Source of the DNA: an uncultured Prevotella sp.
Lineage (GTDB): Bacteria > Bacteroidota > Bacteroidia > Bacteroidales > Bacteroidaceae
Assembly (NCBI GenBank): GCA_900313805.1
Contig: OMSQ01000023.1
Span: 1 to 37,157 of the forward strand
Direction: 5' to 3'
Length of the DNA: 37,157 bases
Below, piece after piece: positions 36,225-37,157 of this stretch (positions are counted from its first letter, which is position 1; each line of letters starts with the position of its first letter). The notes under the pieces were generated by a model that did no database searches, had not been told where the DNA came from, and worked only from the letters and a program-made list of their open reading frames with translations. Position numbers and translations under genes: made by a program.

Positions 36225-37157
36225 TTATTGGGCGCGCTCTATCCAGAGTGCCACTTCGTCTACCTTCGGGTTGTCGTAACCCAGTTTATATTTCTTGTTC
36301 ACTCCACACACATCCTGCTGCAACTTCTGCGGCTTTACCTCGCGCAGGTCGCTCACCAGGTAGTAGCCGGCCTTGTTGAGCACAGGCACCCACTCCTCGC
36401 TCACGCCCAGTGCAGCCCATTCCTCCTTGCTGCTGCGCGGAGCCTTCTTCTCGGGCTTCATCTGTGGGAAGAACAGCACCTCCTGTATGTAGGTCTTGCC
36501 CGTCATGAGCATCACCAGACGGTCTATGCCGATGCCGATGCCAGAGGTAGGAGGCATGCCGTACTGCAGGGCACGCAGGAAGTCCTGGTCTATGATCATC
36601 GCCTCGTCGTCGCCCTTGTCGGCCAGTCGCATCTGCTCCTTGAAGCGCTCCTCCTGGTCTATGGGGTCGTTGAGCTCGCTGTAGGCATTGGCCAGTTCCT
36701 TGCCGTTGACCATCAGCTCGAAACGCTCGGTCAGTCCAGCCTTCGAGCGGTGCATCTTAGTCAGAGGACTCATCTCCACGGGATAGTCGGTGATGAACGT
36801 GGGCTGAATGAACGTGCCCTCGCAGAACTCGCCGAAGATCTCGTCGATGAGCTTTCCCTTGCCCATGGTGTCGTCTATCTCCATGTTCAGTTCACGGCAC
36901 ACCTGGCGTATCTCCTCCTCGCTCTTGCCCTCCAGGTCGTAGCCTGTCTTCTCGCGTATCGCCTCAAGGATGGGCAGACGGCGGTAGGGAGCCTTGAAGG
37001 AGATGATCTGACCGTCGACCTCGCGCTCGGGGCTGCCGTTGACAGCCACGCAGATGGTCTCGAGCAGGCGCTCCGTGAAACTCATCATCCAGTTGTAGTC
37101 CTTGTACTGCACATACAGCTCCATGCACGTGAACTCCGGGTTGTGGTTGCGGTCCAT
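36225..37157 (-). CDS. lysS: Lysine--tRNA ligase, 3' part (5' end outside the window), with Bacteroidetes C-terminal extension
   Basis: HNPEFT, ERFEL, NAYSELNDP and YGMPP..G.GIGIDRL motifs. Confidence 0.96.
   Translation of the reverse strand: MDRNHNPEFTCMELYVQYKDYNWMMSFTERLLETICVAVNGSPEREVDGQIISFKAPYRRLPILEAIREKTGYDLEGKSEEEIRQVCRELNMEIDDTMGKGKLIDEIFGEFCEGTFIQPTFITDYPVEMSPLTKMHRSKAGLTERFELMVNGKELANAYSELNDPIDQEERFKEQMRLADKGDDEAMIIDQDFLRALQYGMPPTSGIGIGIDRLVMLMTGKTYIQEVLFFPQMKPEKKAPRSSKEEWAALGVSEEWVPVLNKAGYYLVSDLREVKPQKLQQDVCGVNKKYKLGYDNPKVDEVALWIERAQ

Overview
Chromosomal segment of a Bacteroidales bacterium, most like Prevotella. This is inferred from TAnnTTTG -7 promoter boxes, T9SS C-terminal domains and a tmRNA tag of GNNKYALAA. 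Most of the window is core genes: an ftsB-like to plsC-like operon including pyrC, a GT2 plus mfd, two TrmH methyltransferases, an SSS transporter, trxB/gpx, a WecA/TagO-like transferase, dedA, a TPR protein, glnS, hisB, an OPT transporter, ssrA, pepD, an SGNH hydrolase, gpsA and the 3' part of lysS. Two T9SS cargo genes (S8 peptidase, CotH kinase) sit at the ends of housekeeping operons. The most interesting non-core signals are: (1) an AT-rich tripartite hipBST-like kinase toxin-antitoxin module after lysS-gpsA, with two near-identical palindromic operators; (2) an unannotated 49-aa single-TM microprotein with its own promoter box and terminator, convergent on that module; (3) an unannotated ~165-nt structured RNA upstream of glnS with promoter box, GNRA hairpin, terminator and a 7-codon micro-ORF; (4) palindromic REP/MITE-like repeats and 9-10 bp CCGG/CTAG-cored tandem repeats, one lying in-frame in a TrmH gene as a Gly-X-Y tract. 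Family assignments come from motif recognition by eye; no database search was run.
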